A stretch of 64,000 nucleotides of DNA, from assembly GCF_001194135.2 (NCBI RefSeq), contig NC_068986.1, positions 115,033,039 to 115,097,038 of the forward strand. The letters run 5' to 3'. The DNA comes from Octopus bimaculoides. Its lineage: Eukaryota. Below, piece by piece: positions 1 through 12,800 of this stretch; the stretch's first letter is position 1, and the number at the start of each line of letters is the position of its first letter. The notes beneath the pieces are model-generated. The model was not told the origin of the DNA and ran no database searches. It worked only from the letters and a program-made list of their open reading frames with translations. A program made the position numbers and the translations under genes.

Positions 1-236
1 ATATATATATAAGTATGAACAGTAATTTATACCAAAAATTGTGGTTGGCATACATATATAACTTTTTGTATATGTTGAAATTCCATAATTGAATAAAATA
101 ATAGAAAATGAACGACAAAGTAATTGCCAAGGTAGGAATACTTTCTTCATAAGAGTATTGTCGGACCTCGCATGACTCAAGTTTGAATATGAATGGGTGT
201 CCAGTAGTCGAGTGACAATTAGTAATACAATTACAA

Positions 237-560
237 TTAATTGTTTAGTTCAGGTTTGTATTTTTGGATGAAATATGTCTCTTTATTGAGTCGGGCTTGT
301 GTAGAAGTCCAGTCGGAAAATTTATAAAGAGGGAAACTAGTGAATTTAGGTTGTATTTGTTTTGTACATACGTCGATAAAGAGATAAATTTCGCGGTATT
401 GTAATGAAGCTATCTGTTGACGATGCCCCGTACAATGTTGACGGATAGAATTCCCCGTGCTACCCATATAGTCTTTCTGACAGCCCGAGCATCGGATTAC
501 GTAGATCAGATTTTCGGATGCACAAGTGAAATTTGATTTAATTGTAAAGTGTTGCCTTTG
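237..560 (-). mobile_element. Penelope-like retroelement fragment, GIY-YIG endonuclease C-terminus
   Basis: ORF 237-698 contains FTCASENLIYVIRCSGCQKDYMGSTGNSIRQHCTGHR...ETYFIQKYKPELNN, matching the PLE GIY-YIG pattern (IY.I.C..C...Y.G.T...R...H). The N-terminal part of the ORF is unrelated sequence. Confidence 0.85.
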
Positions 561-2809
561 TTTTCGATGTAATCTGACCCCACCACAAGCAATCCATACC
601 CAAACAATCAACATTTTTTTAGTCACACACCAGAGGAAACAGATAACAATGTGAAACCCTAGACACAGGAGAAACCCAAGGTAATCAACTTCTCCCACTT
701 ATCCTTATCTACGTAATCAGATGCTCGGGCTGTCAGAAAGACTATATGGGTGGCACGGGAAATTCTATCCGTCAACATTGTTCAAGATTCCACGCAGTGG
801 GACTGAACCCTGAAGCATGTGGCTGGAAGGCAAGCTTCTAACTATACAGCTACGCCATATATATNNNNNNNNNNNNNNNNNNNNNNNNNNNNNNNNNNNN
901 NNNNNNNNNNNNNNNNNNNNNNNNNNNNNNNNNNNNNNNNNNNNNNNNNNNNNNNNNNNNNNNNNNNNNNNNNNNNNNNNNNNNNNNNNNNNNNNNNNNN
1001 NNNNNNNNNNNNNNNNNNNNNNNNNNNNNNNNNNNNNNNNNNNNNNNNNNNNNNNNNNNNNNNNNNNNNNNNNNNNNNNNNNNNNNNNNNNNNNNNNNNN
1101 NNNNNNNNNNNNNNNNNNNNNNNNNNNNNNNNNNNNNNNNNNNNNNNNNNNNNNNNNNNNNNNNNNNNNNNNNNNNNNNNNNNNNNNNNNNNNNNNNNNN
1201 NNNNNNNNNNNNNNNNNNNNNNNNNNNNNNNNNNNNNNNNNNNNNNNNNNNNNNNNNNNNNNNNNNNNNNNNNNNNNNNNNNNNNNNNNNNNNNNNNNNN
1301 NNNNNNNNNNNNNNNNNNNNNNNNNNNNNNNNNNNNNNNNNNNNNNNNNNNNNNNNNNNNNNNNNNNNNNNNNNNNNNNNNNNNNNNNNNNNNNNNNNNN
1401 NNNNNNNNNNNNNNNNNNNNNNNNNNNNNNNNNNNNNNNNNNNNNNNNNNNNNNNNNNNNNNNNNNNNNNNNNNNNNNNNNNNNNNNNNNNNNNNNNNNN
1501 NNNNNNNNNNNNNNNNNNNNNNNNNNNNNNNNNNNNNNNNNNNNNNNNNNNNNNNNNNNNNNNNNNNNNNNNNNNNNNNNNNNNNNNNNNNNNNNNNNNN
1601 NNNNNNNNNNNNNNNNNNNNNNNNNNNNNNNNNNNNNNNNNNNNNNNNNNNNNNNNNNNNNNNNNNNNNNNNNNNNNNNNNNNNNNNNNNNNNNNNNNNN
1701 NNNNNNNNNNNNNNNNNNNNNNNNNNNNNNNNNNNNNNNNNNNNNNNNNNNNNNNNNNNNNNNNNNNNNNNNNNNNNNNNNNNNNNNNNNNNNNNNNNNN
1801 NNNNNNNNNNNNNATAGATGCACTTTTCAAAATTCAAATTCCGTTTTTCACACATCCGCTCGTGGTGTTTGGCTTTTCCTTCATTGTGAAAAGTACAACG
1901 AAGTAGGGAAGATGTGGGTAAGATTCTTTATTCTTTTAATGCGAGTTACAAATGTTTCAGAATGTGGATTACGATAAAATGACAGAAAACTACGAAAAAG
2001 ACCCCCAAAAAATCACTTTAGTGGCTGTTGCTGTTATAAAGGCAGGATGAGAGTGTCCGTGTGCATATCTGAGGGGGTCGGGTGGAGATATGAACATTTA
2101 AAAGACATGGATTTAAAAAATTCTTCTTTTAAAATGGCTTCCCTTCATTGTTTTGCAAGATGGTTAATGGATTGGATGGGTGCAGATGAAGGAGCAAAAA
2201 CTCCCGAAATATGGCATATTCGCCCATTAACCTTTTTTCATTTTCCATCTCATAGAGATAACCATAACAAGCGATTTAAGAGCACTGCTAACACGGCAGA
2301 ACACGGTATTGACTTATAAAAACATCTAATATACTTTATAGTATATTGTGGTTGCATAACGAAGTACCGTGTCTTTATAAGTCATTAGCATTTCAGAAAA
2401 TTATCTCCGTTCTCTTCGAGAATATAAAAGATAAATATAGGCGGGGCAAAATGAGTAAGAGAAGATAAGGTAAATTTGCCTTTCCATTTCTCCAGAGTTA
2501 CATTTGAAAAAAGACTGATACACATAAACATCCTTCTTAAGACACCAGAAAGATAAATGCCAGAAAAATATCTTAGTCAATTGAAAGTGGGTCATGGAAA
2601 AATAGTACGATATGAAATTAACGAAACTTGACTACATCTAAAAACTCATCACGAAATATTCTCTATAGCTTCTTCCCCGTCTGCTGGAGTGGCCCCTCAT
2701 CCTGTTATATTTATCCACCATGCAGTTAAAGACAAAACATTATTAATATTAGTCATTACTCATTTTGCTCCAATTTAGACAGTTTTTTTTTTGAAACTTG
2801 AAGCCAAGT

Positions 2810-3112
2810 GAAACCATAACCATGGCTTGTGCCAGTGCAGCACAACCACCCCTTTTAAGAGTACCCTTCAATCATTGAGCAATAAACTGCGCTTGCGAAG
2901 ACCTGTTGAGGCAAGTGAAGTTGTTGTTGTGGCCGATGACAGTACCATCTGAATGGCACCCGTGCCGGTGGTAGGTAAAAAGCACCATTCGAGCGTGGTT
3001 GATGCCAGTGTCGCCTGACTGGTCCTGTGCCGGTGGTACGTAAAAAGCACCATTCGAGCGTGGTCGATGCCAGTGCCACCTGACTGGCCCTCGTGCCGGT
3101 GGTACGTAAAAA
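2810..3112 (+). mobile_element. RTE-LINE 3'-UTR-type repeat (family 1), internal part with ~67-bp subrepeats
   Basis: Tandem AAAAGCACCATTCGAGCGTGG..GATGCCAGTG..CCTGACTGG..GTGCCGGTGGTACGT units, also seen at 17120-17350 and 55480-55720. Confidence 0.7.
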
Positions 3113-5310
3113 AAACTAGTAGAGAGAAAATAATTTTTGCCCCATTTCCATATAAGAATTTCAAGTGTTTGACAGAATGACGAAGATATATGGGAAAAAA
3201 TAAGAAAGAAAAAAAGGTTCGATTTAATGAAAAACATTTGAACGTATATACAATAATTCTAAAGCAGAAAAAAAATGCTTTTAGCTATGAAGAGATGTAA
3301 TTTTATAATTAAAACTAAATTCAAAGTTTAAATTTTGGAAAATATTCTTTACTTACTTGATTCATAAAGTAGTAGTTTTCAATACCTTACTGAAGTAATT
3401 GAGTTTAGAAATAGCAATGTGTGAATATTTGGGTGGTGTGTTTAACTGCATGTGGTCAGGCTAAGGTTCTTAATCATGCGTTAAAGGAATTTGAGCTGAA
3501 GGCCGTAACCACTTTCTATCAATCTTTAAGTACATTCATACACACACACACACACACACTCACCGATATATACATGCATATACACATATTATGATATGAA
3601 AAACTGTAATATGAAGAACCAAATGCGTGTCACCTCTCAGATTTTCTTCTGGTGTCGACTGTCCAACTGAGTGAAATCCGAGATAGGCCCCAGCTGCCTA
3701 AGCTATCGCTAGAACCTACGGCACGTTCTCATTCTAGTTCGTACCTCTAAACAAACCCGTCCGCTCCCACTAGCCGAGGCGAAAGAAGCCCACGCTGGTC
3801 CTACTTTCTCTCACTTGACCTTGCTTACCCTTCCTCTTCTGGGCCACTTAGCCTCTTCCTCTAAGGGCCACTTAGCCCCTTCTTCTAAGGGCCACTTAGC
3901 CATTGACGTCACTGACCCTTTCCTCTTGGACCACCTCATCTCCACACATGCACTTTCAGGAGTGTTCTGTTGTTGCCCTTTACTCTGTCCTTGTCCCAAA
4001 AGGGGACTGGGTAGTAAATTGTTTTTTAATTGAATTAAATGGTGTCTCTAAGGTGGCAAAATCTATGGTGATTTATCATAAAAAGAGACTTCATTACATT
4101 TTGTAAGAAGTCAAGATGCCTTTGTATATTGAAAGAGAGCTTCTCCATGCCTGATTACTGGGATATGGGGACCTTCCTGGATTGAGTGTTATATACCCTT
4201 CGTAGCAGGGGTCCCTCAATATCTTTCATAGGCCCGGGGCAATTGCCCCCTTCGTCACCTATAAATCCGGCCCTATATATCTATTTGTATGTATATATGT
4301 ATGGCGGTATCGACGAATATATGGATGGATATCTATGTATACATATATTTGTATGAATATATATGTGTGTGTATGGAATCATATATGTACACTTGTGTCT
4401 GTCTACGTATTTCATATTGTTTACACAGTTGGTGACGCTCTGTACCCATATATGCATATTTATATTATTCATTATTATTATTTAATTGAACACCACGCAT
4501 CCATTTCCAAGTAAGTTTATCTTCACCTTTTTGATGCGACTCTACTCTATACTGTTTTCTTCCTCCATCCTTCTCTAATTCCCTTTTCTCTCCCCCACTC
4601 TTTCACCGTTTTCTATCTGTCTCTCTCTCACCCCTCTTTCTCTTTTCTCTCTCATTGCTCACACGTGACCATCGTCCATCTTTCCTTTATCTACACGGAT
4701 GTTCAAAGGACTGGACGTTTTTTCCTTCACGTCTATCTTTTCTTTTTTCAAAGAGAATATTTCTCCCAGCATTCACTATTTTCCTCTCGTTCTGGTCTAA
4801 CGACCCTCCATCTTTGTTTTCGTTGGGTTTCCTTGTATGTCTCCATTGTCTGTTTTTGTTCTCAACTTTGATCCTCCATAAACACTAAATTTTATTTTAG
4901 AATTTATGGGAGCAAGTGTCTTTAAAGATTCATATTGTCATTGAATGCTCGAAATGAAGAGTAGATAGACAGCCGATAACTGATGAAGTGTCGTTTCTGC
5001 GTTTACCTGTCTTGTATTCCATTTTTTTCTCCTGGTTTATTTTATGTATTTAACTCGTTTGTCTACGTATTTCACGTTGTTTACACAGTTGCTGACATCC
5101 TGTACCCATATATGCATATATATATATATATATATTGTTGTATTTGGGGATGGTCATGCTGCCAGTTTAGCCAATGAAAACACACGCACTATATAACGAA
5201 AGAACTCTGGCTGAAATACAATTAATATAAAATAAAACTGAGGGAAGTGAACACCAAATATACAGTGTGTGTGTTTTTATTGGCTAAACCCAGGTTTGAA
5301 ATTTCCCCAA

Positions 5311-5356
5311 GACACCTGATGAAGGCTGGAGGGTGTATCAGCCGAAACGTTGCGTT
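5311..5356 (+). ncRNA. Minimal type I hammerhead ribozyme motif in a dispersed repeat (~5287-5400)
   Basis: GACAC-CTGATGA-A-GGCTG(gagggtgtat)CAGCC-GAAAC-GTT-GCGTT. Intact core, 5-bp stem II, palindromic AACGTT stem III, stem I with one mismatch. Confidence 0.75.
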
Positions 5357-5551
5357 AACAACAAACAAGATGAGGACAAATATCCGTCAATTGTAAATAA
5401 AGTTGGCCTCCCAAGTTGCTTCTTTCCAAAGCATCTGATTTTCTCTTGCAGCAGATGGTGATTATCCTGCTACATTTCTTTATGCTGCTTGATGACTAAC
5501 ACTAGGGACTGGTTCCAGCTCCACTTAGCCACACTTTTAGATTCTCACCCT

Positions 5552-5681
5552 CGTTAGGAAGGGCATCCAGCTGTAGAAACTCTGCCAGGTCAGATTGGAG
5601 TCTGGTGTAGCCAGTCCCCAGTCAAATCATCCAACCCATGCTAGCATGGAAAGCGGATGTTAAACGATGATGATGATGATG
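5552..5681 (+). mobile_element. Family-1 RTE-tail repeat ending in (GAT)n
   Basis: GTTAGGAAGGGCATCCAGCTGTAGAAAC...CCATGCTAGCATGGAAAGCGGATGTTAAAC(GAT)n. Approximate further copies: 7016-7250(-), 7976-8195(-), 9250-9450(+), 11281-11698(+), 14040-14226(+), 14410-14560(+), 17122-17513(+), 17979-18200(-), 18340-18510(+), 20240-20392(+), 20961-21180(-), 38790-39060(+), 40390-40575(+), 48228-48425(-), 52555-52797(+), 52985-53250(+), 55333-55725(-), 55938-56012(-), 60498-60870(-), 62160-62270(-). Confidence 0.85.
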
Positions 5682-6702
5682 AAGCCTGATGGAGCTGCTA
5701 CTCACCCATCTTCATATTCATAATAGCTAATTGTGACTGTTTATTGCTCACTTCAATAGCTGATGCCTCTGTTTGGTATATTAAGGGTACTTACTGCTCC
5801 AATCATTCTAACCCCTTCTTCTCATCTTTAGTAAGGGGGAACACACTGCTGTCATTTTGAGCACATTTTTTCCCTCTCCAAGTCTTGATCTAACCTGACA
5901 TACAACTACCAAATACTGCAGACTCCTCTTCTCATTGATGACGGTTCATACCCAAGGTCTGTTCTCTGTATCTGAAAGCAAGTGTGCAATCAGAATATGA
6001 CAGGTTCTTGCACATAGGCCTTTCCACCAAAATACCCCACTAACAAATGCACTGATACCAGTAATACACTGGTGTTATTTAACCACAGGTCAGCAGTGAA
6101 TAAGTACATATATTGTTTTTTATAAGAGAAGGATGAAACTTAAGGAAAATTTTGTTGTTTACTTTTGGTGACAACATTGAGGTTTGTGTGACGAACTGGG
6201 CTAATTTTATACATAGGCACGAGTGCAGCTGTGTGGTAGGAAGCCTGCTTCCAACCACATCGTTCTGGGTTCAGACTCACTAGATGGCACCTACTGCAAG
6301 TGACTTCTGCTATAGCTTCAAGCAGACCAAAGCCTTGTGAGGGAATTTCATAGATGGACACTGAAGGAAGCTTGTCATGTGTGTGTGCGTGTGTATATCT
6401 TTGTGTCTGTGTTTGTCCAACCTGCACTGCTTGACAACTGGTGTTACTGTGTTTACATCCCTGTAACTTAGCAGTTCACCAAAAGAGACCGATAGAATAA
6501 ACACCAGGCTCAAAAAGGAAGAATCAAACACTAGCATTGATTCGATCAACTAAAAGTTCTTCAAGGTAGTGCCCCAGCATGGTCGTAGTCTAATGACCGA
6601 AACAAGTAAAAAAACAGAAGATAAAAAGCTGCAACCTTGAAATAAAAGGGGAAAAGAAAAGCGAAAACCATAATTCCATGATGAATAAATGAGATGAAAA
6701 CG

Positions 6703-6708
6703 TTTATT
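6703..6708 (-). promoter_or_regulatory. Candidate SAE1 polyadenylation signal AATAAA
   Basis: TTTATT on the plus strand, 79 nt downstream of the SAE1 stop codon. Confidence 0.4.
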
Positions 6709-6786
6709 TCTGATGAAATGACAGCAAAGAAAATGGATTTGTGTCAGAAGGAATGGTTAGGGAAGGAAGGGCGTCTGTGGTTTTCT

Positions 6787-6873
6787 TTAACCAATTTGTT
6801 CCACCAGCCCAGTTCCGTTGATTCCATCAAAGAAGAAAAAGTTGTTATGAGGTTTGTCTTTCTGTGAGACAGC
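6787..6873 (-). CDS. SAE1: SAE1 exon 9 (last)
   Basis: ttttcag|AVSQKDKPHNNFFFFDGINGTGLVEQIG* (TAA). Confidence 0.95.
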   Translation of the reverse strand, partial: AVSQKDKPHNNFFFFDGINGTGLVEQIG

Positions 6874-9800
6874 CTGAAAAGACAAACAGACAGAATGAGA
6901 GTTTAGAAATGAATGATGAAGTTGAATATCTAAAGCAGGGATGGGTAACATTTCCTCAACTGGGGGCCCTGCATTCTACCATTTCCATGTGGGAGAGGGC
7001 CACATGATAAAACACATCATCATCATCATCATTTAACGTCCGCTTTCCATGCTAGCATGGGTTGGACGATTTGACTGAGGACTGGTGCAACCGGATGGCT
7101 ACACCAGGCTCCAATCTAATTTGGCAGAGTTTCTACAGCTGGATGCCCTTCCTAACGCCAACCACTCAGAGAGTGTAGTGGGTGCTTTTACGTGTCACCC
7201 GCACGAAAACGGCCACGCTCGAAATGGTGTCTTTTATGTGCCACCCGCACATATTGATAGATAGATATTTGTATCCTAGACACTGAAAATCAGTTTGTAC
7301 ATATTTACAAATGTAGTTGGATGTGTGTGTCTGTATATATATATATATATATATAAAATACACACACACGTCCATAACACTCATACACGTATATGCGCAT
7401 AAGGGTAATTTGTAACGTATATACCACGTAAAGGTAATTTGTAAGATAACTTTAGAATATCTGTTGGCTGTTCCTTTCCAATTTACTTTAGCAGAAATAT
7501 TACTTGCCCACTTTACACTCAATGTTTTTGCAATTCTTCTTCATTATATTTGTCTTAGTAGGAAATTAGTAACCTAGAAACTCGTCAAGGGCCAGATACA
7601 GCCCGCAGGTTGCCCATGCATGATATAAAGTTTGGGAGGTCAAAGGTGAGGAGTGAACCACTTGATCCCTATGCTACTGAACACTGTGTAGATAGAGATT
7701 CATAGGTGTGTAGAGCAAATGTATACACGTGTATATATATTATGGGTACATAATGGTGTATATGTTGGGTTTATATAAATGTATGGCTGTATATGTGTGA
7801 ATGTGGGTGTGTATCAGGGACATGCCACCTCGGTAGGCAGTGCCTACCTTAAACAAAATGGATCAATAGCAACATTCTCCTTTTACGGCAAAATGTGCAA
7901 CTAATTAAATAAAATTATGAAAGTTACTCTGATTACTATGCATAAAATGCAAATATTTTATTGTTTTGTAGATTATCATCATCATCATCATCATTTAACG
8001 CTCGCTTTCTATGCTAGCATGGGTTGGATGATTTGACTGGGGACTGGCGAAGCGGATGGCTGCACCAGGCTCCAATCTGATCTGGCAAAGTTTCTACAGC
8101 TGGATGCCCTTCCTAATGCCAACCACTCCAAGAGTGTAGTGGGTGCTTTTTACATGCCACCAGCATGGGAGCCAGTCAGGTGGCACTGGCAACAGGCATA
8201 ATTCATCCCTGCCTTTCAATCTCAGTATTAAAGCTACACATAATACTGCTGTAATACACGTGCTGCGTACATTCCTATAACATTTTCTTTATGTGCTACA
8301 AAGGCAGAAGTAAATCTGCCTTCAACTCAGTCACGTGCCAGTGTTTTGCTTATTTTCGTGTGTTTTACTACATAAACGTCACCAACTGCCTACCCTGAGT
8401 AATTACTGATGGCACACACACATATATACTCTTTTACGTGTTTCAGTCATTTGACTGCGGCCATGCTGGAGCACCGCCTTTAGTCGAGCAAATCGATCCC
8501 AGGACTTATTCTTTGTAAGCCTAGCACTTATTCTATCGCTCTCCCTTTTGCTGAACCGCTAAGTTATGGAGATGTAAACACACCAGCATCGGTTGTCAAG
8601 CGATGTTGGGGGGACAAACAGACACACATACATATATACGACGAGCTTCTTTCAGTTTCCGTCTACCAAGTCCACTCGTAAGGCTTTGGTAGGCCCGAGA
8701 CTATAGTAGAAGACACTTGCTCAAGGTGCCATGCAGTAGGACTGAACCTAGAACCAAGTGGTTCGTAAGCAAGCTACTTACCACACAGCCACTGCTACGC
8801 CTATATATATTATATTTATAGATAAATTCTTCTATTTTACATAATATCAAGGCCTCATTCATTCTTTTGTTGTCATATTATTACTATCAATAATATATAT
8901 ATTTATGTATATAAGGTCCAGAGATCGAGGTGTAGGAAGAAAGTTAGCTTAAATCAATCCGTAATAAACATAAAAAAACAACTTCCAGGGACAATGTTGT
9001 GGTTTATTGAGATAGAAGGTTGTGGATTTTTTCGTATTGAAGTATGATAAACTGAAAAAAAGATTCTGATTGTATCTTCCATGCATTAATATCTACCTCC
9101 TTGCAACAATGTAAACTTTCATTTAATTAAGATCCCTTTGACCTGAAGAGTAGCCTGCGGTATATACACCTCACTTGGGTATTTAACACTCCTGAGGTTC
9201 TGTTCGCTATGAAGCATATGTAGCCTGGAGTTTATCAACTCCATTCCGTAACTCTTGTGCCGGTGGCATGTAAAAAATCACCCACTAAACTCTTGGAGTG
9301 GTTGGAATTAGGAAGGTCATCCAGCCATAGAAACCTTGCTAAATCAAATTGGAGCCTGGTGCAGCTCCCCAGCTTACCAATTTCCAGTCAAACTGTCTAA
9401 CCCATGCTAGAATTGGAAAACGGACATTAAATGATGATGATGATGATGATAATATATGGGGGAGGAGAAAGAGAGGGGGTCACTCAAGCTGCAAATCTCC
9501 GAAACCGGAGCTAACAAGCGGTAAGGTGAATATGTAAGTGATTTGGCAGAGAACATACTTTGTGGTATTTAATTCCAGTCCTTGTGTTTTAGGTTCAAAT
9601 CCTGCCAAGGCAAACATTGCCTTTCACCATCTCCTTTCATTGATCAGTAAAGACAAAAAGAAAAACCAGAGACGAATAAAGAATGTTGAAACACTTACCT
9701 TAATGATTTCTTGACTGAGGACTCCCCCCACAATGGCAGAAACAGGACAGAGTTCAGCAAAACAATGGCTAAAAGACAGAGAGAGAGAGAGAGAGAGAAG

Positions 9801-12800
9801 AAAGAGTGACTTCAGGCTGATATATATATATATATATTGTGGATGGCATCAGGTGTAAAGCCTTTAATCACTCCAATATAACGAAGCTTGATTATGATTG
9901 AATGAATGGGAGATCTTTTAGGTCATTCACAAGATCAACTAAATAACTAAGGTCAGTCACATGACCAGTTTATGGAATAGCCGTACAATTACTGAAAGAC
10001 AGAAGTTTAATCAACTGATCAAAATAATGTCAATCTAATCACTTAAAAGACTGTAATGTCGGCTGTGTAGTAAGTAGCTCGCTTACCAACCACATGGTTC
10101 CGGGTTCAGTCCCACTGCGTGGCATCTTGGGCAAGTGTCTTCTACTATAGCCTCAGGCCAACCNNNNNNNNNNTGGCATCTTGGGCAAGTGTCTTCTACT
10201 ATAGCCTCAGGCCAACCAAAGCCTTGTGAGTGGATTTGGTAGACGGAAACTGAAAGAAGCCTATCATATATATGTATGTGTGTGTTTGTTTGTGTGTCTG
10301 TGTTTGCCCCCCCACCCCAACATCGCTTGACAACCAATGCTGGTGTGTTTACGTCCCCGTAACTTAGCGGTTCGGCAAAAGAGACCGATAAAATAAGTAC
10401 TAGGCTTACAAAGAATAAGTCCTGGGGTTGATTTGCTCGACTAAAGGCGGTGCTCCAGCATGGCCACAGTCAAATGACTGAAACAAGTAAAAGAGTATTA
10501 GAATATATTTGAGAGTCTCTTGTTAGTATATTGAGTGGCTGCACCCTAAATACATCCATAAAGATTGACTAATTAATGAAAAGCGGTCGTTAGTGATGAA
10601 GTCCTACTCCCCAAATTTTAGTAGTTGGTCCATGCAGAAATTTTCTGCAGTGTAATTTTATTTTACCTGTGATAAAAATACACGTACAACAGATGGAGAA
10701 TAAAGCCATAATTATTGATTACTACATTATTCAAGTTAATAAACCTTTTGTGATGTGTAAATAGATTTCTTTCATGCCTTGGTAGCAAAACGTGTGTGTG
10801 TGTGTGTGTGCATAGCTTAGAGGCTTAGAGGGAACAGTGCTTCTAACGTCATTGCAACGACAACAGCAAAACAAGTGAGTGTGCTTGCACATGTGGACAG
10901 CTTAGAGGCTTAGCCAACACAATGCCTACAACCATCACCACTAATACTACTACCACTACTATTAACAGGGATGAAGACAGACAAATATCTAAGGCAACAT
11001 ACTCCCTACAGGCACTGGGCAAACATTTAACAGCAGGAAACTGGATCTAACCTGCCCCCAACTGTTCTACTCCACTTACAAACACTACCGCACTGCACCA
11101 CCTTCCTGAATAAGCTCACTTGGCCACACTCCTGTATTGCACAATTCCACATACAATGGCCGCACTATCGTAGTGTGTTAAATGTGACCAGAATGGAGAA
11201 ATATGGTCATGTCCAGTGTTGGTGGTAAGTTCACAGCTGTATCTTACACCAGTTTCGCATAACCAGCCCCAGCCCATTCAAAAGTACCTTGGATCATAGG
11301 GCGACCAGCTGTGCTTGAGGAGACCTATTGAGTCAAGTACATCAACATCAAAATGAAAATCAAATGGAAATTGTAGTTGTGATCCCGGTGGCACATAAAA
11401 AGCACCATCTGAACGTGGCTGATGTCAGTGCCGCTTTGACTGGCTTCCGTGCTGGTGACACATAAAAAGCACCAACCAATGGTCATTGCCAGCCTCCTCT
11501 GGCCCCTGTGCCAGTGGCATGTAAAAATCACCCACTACACTCTTAGAGTGGTTGGCGTTAGCAAGGGCATCCAGCTGTAGAAACACTGCTAGATCATATT
11601 GGGGCCTGGTTCAGCCTCCTGGCTTCCCAGACCCCAGTCGAACCGTCCAACCCATGCTAGCATGGAAAATGGATGTTAAACGATGATGATGATGATGACC
11701 TGTTGAGAGTAAATGTTAGTGAAATCTGTCCCACATCACCGAGGTAATAGGGGGCTGCCTAACATAGAAATAGTAGAAGGCTGCTTAACATAACAGAGTT
11801 GTATAAAGGATGGCTAACAGAACAGAAATGCTGAGGACTGTCCAACTCAGGGTAGCTAGGGGCTGACCAGCATATCAGTGAGAGGACTCAGGGTTGGCCA
11901 CAACAATTACCTGACAAAATAGTCTGTGAGAACTTCTTGCTTTACTGACAAACTCTCCAATACTTCAGTCCGTAGCTTCATTAACTCCTCCATATCTGAA
12001 GTTTTCGATTTAACTGATGGATGTCGACCATGTCTCTCCAGGAATTTCAGCATCACTGAAAGTAGTAATAATAATAATAATAATCATCTGGGATATGCCA
12101 ATACACACAGATAAAGAAATTAAGGCTAATAGGCCAGATTTAGTTGTCAGAGATCACCAAGAAAAAAAAAAAAAATGCTTTTTAATCGATGTATCAATAC
12201 CAACAGATGACAATGTTTCTCTAAAAGAAACAGAGAAACCTTCAAAATACAAAGACCTGGAAATAGAAGTAACTCGAATGTGGAATCTAAAAACAGAAAC
12301 AATTCCTATCATAGTAGACGCATTGGGTGTGATAAAAGAATATTCAGACAAATATGTAACAAAAACACCAGGACTTACAAGTATATACAACAAACAGAAA
12401 ATAGCACTACTAAGCACTGCACACATTCTACACGGCCACAAATGCTTTTAGCAGGGACAGGCGGAGTAGACGGACCCTGAGAGGACTAAAGAAAAAATTT
12501 GCTTCAGTATCATTTGAACTCAAGATGCAAAGTGTGTATGTAATCCATTTTCCTCCTCTAACAATTCTCATAATCAGAATAGCAATCAGTTTTAAGCTGG
12601 GCACACCATCATCATTTAGCGTGCACCTCCCATCCTGGTATGGGTGGGACAGTTTGACAGGAGTTGGCCAGGCAGAAGCCTGCACCAGGTTTTAATGTGT
12701 GTTTTGGCAGGATTTTTACAGCTAAGCCAGAAATTTGGGGAGAGAAATAAACTGATTACACTGACCCCAATACTTGATTGTTGTTCATTTTATCAACCCC

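Noticed and set aside
105-180. Possible hammerhead in the Penelope 3' region (CTTATGAAG-AAAGTA...TACTTT on the minus strand)
   Set aside because: There is a stem-like pair, but the core deviates and no GAAA follows, so it cannot be supported.
765-1977. Long ORFs spanning poly-X (also 24418-24957, 26188-26857, 47161-48060, 55475-56023)
   Set aside because: They are open only because N gaps contain no stop codons.
10120-10217. 44-bp direct duplication flanking a 10-N gap
   Set aside because: Typical unmerged contig overlap, an assembly artefact.
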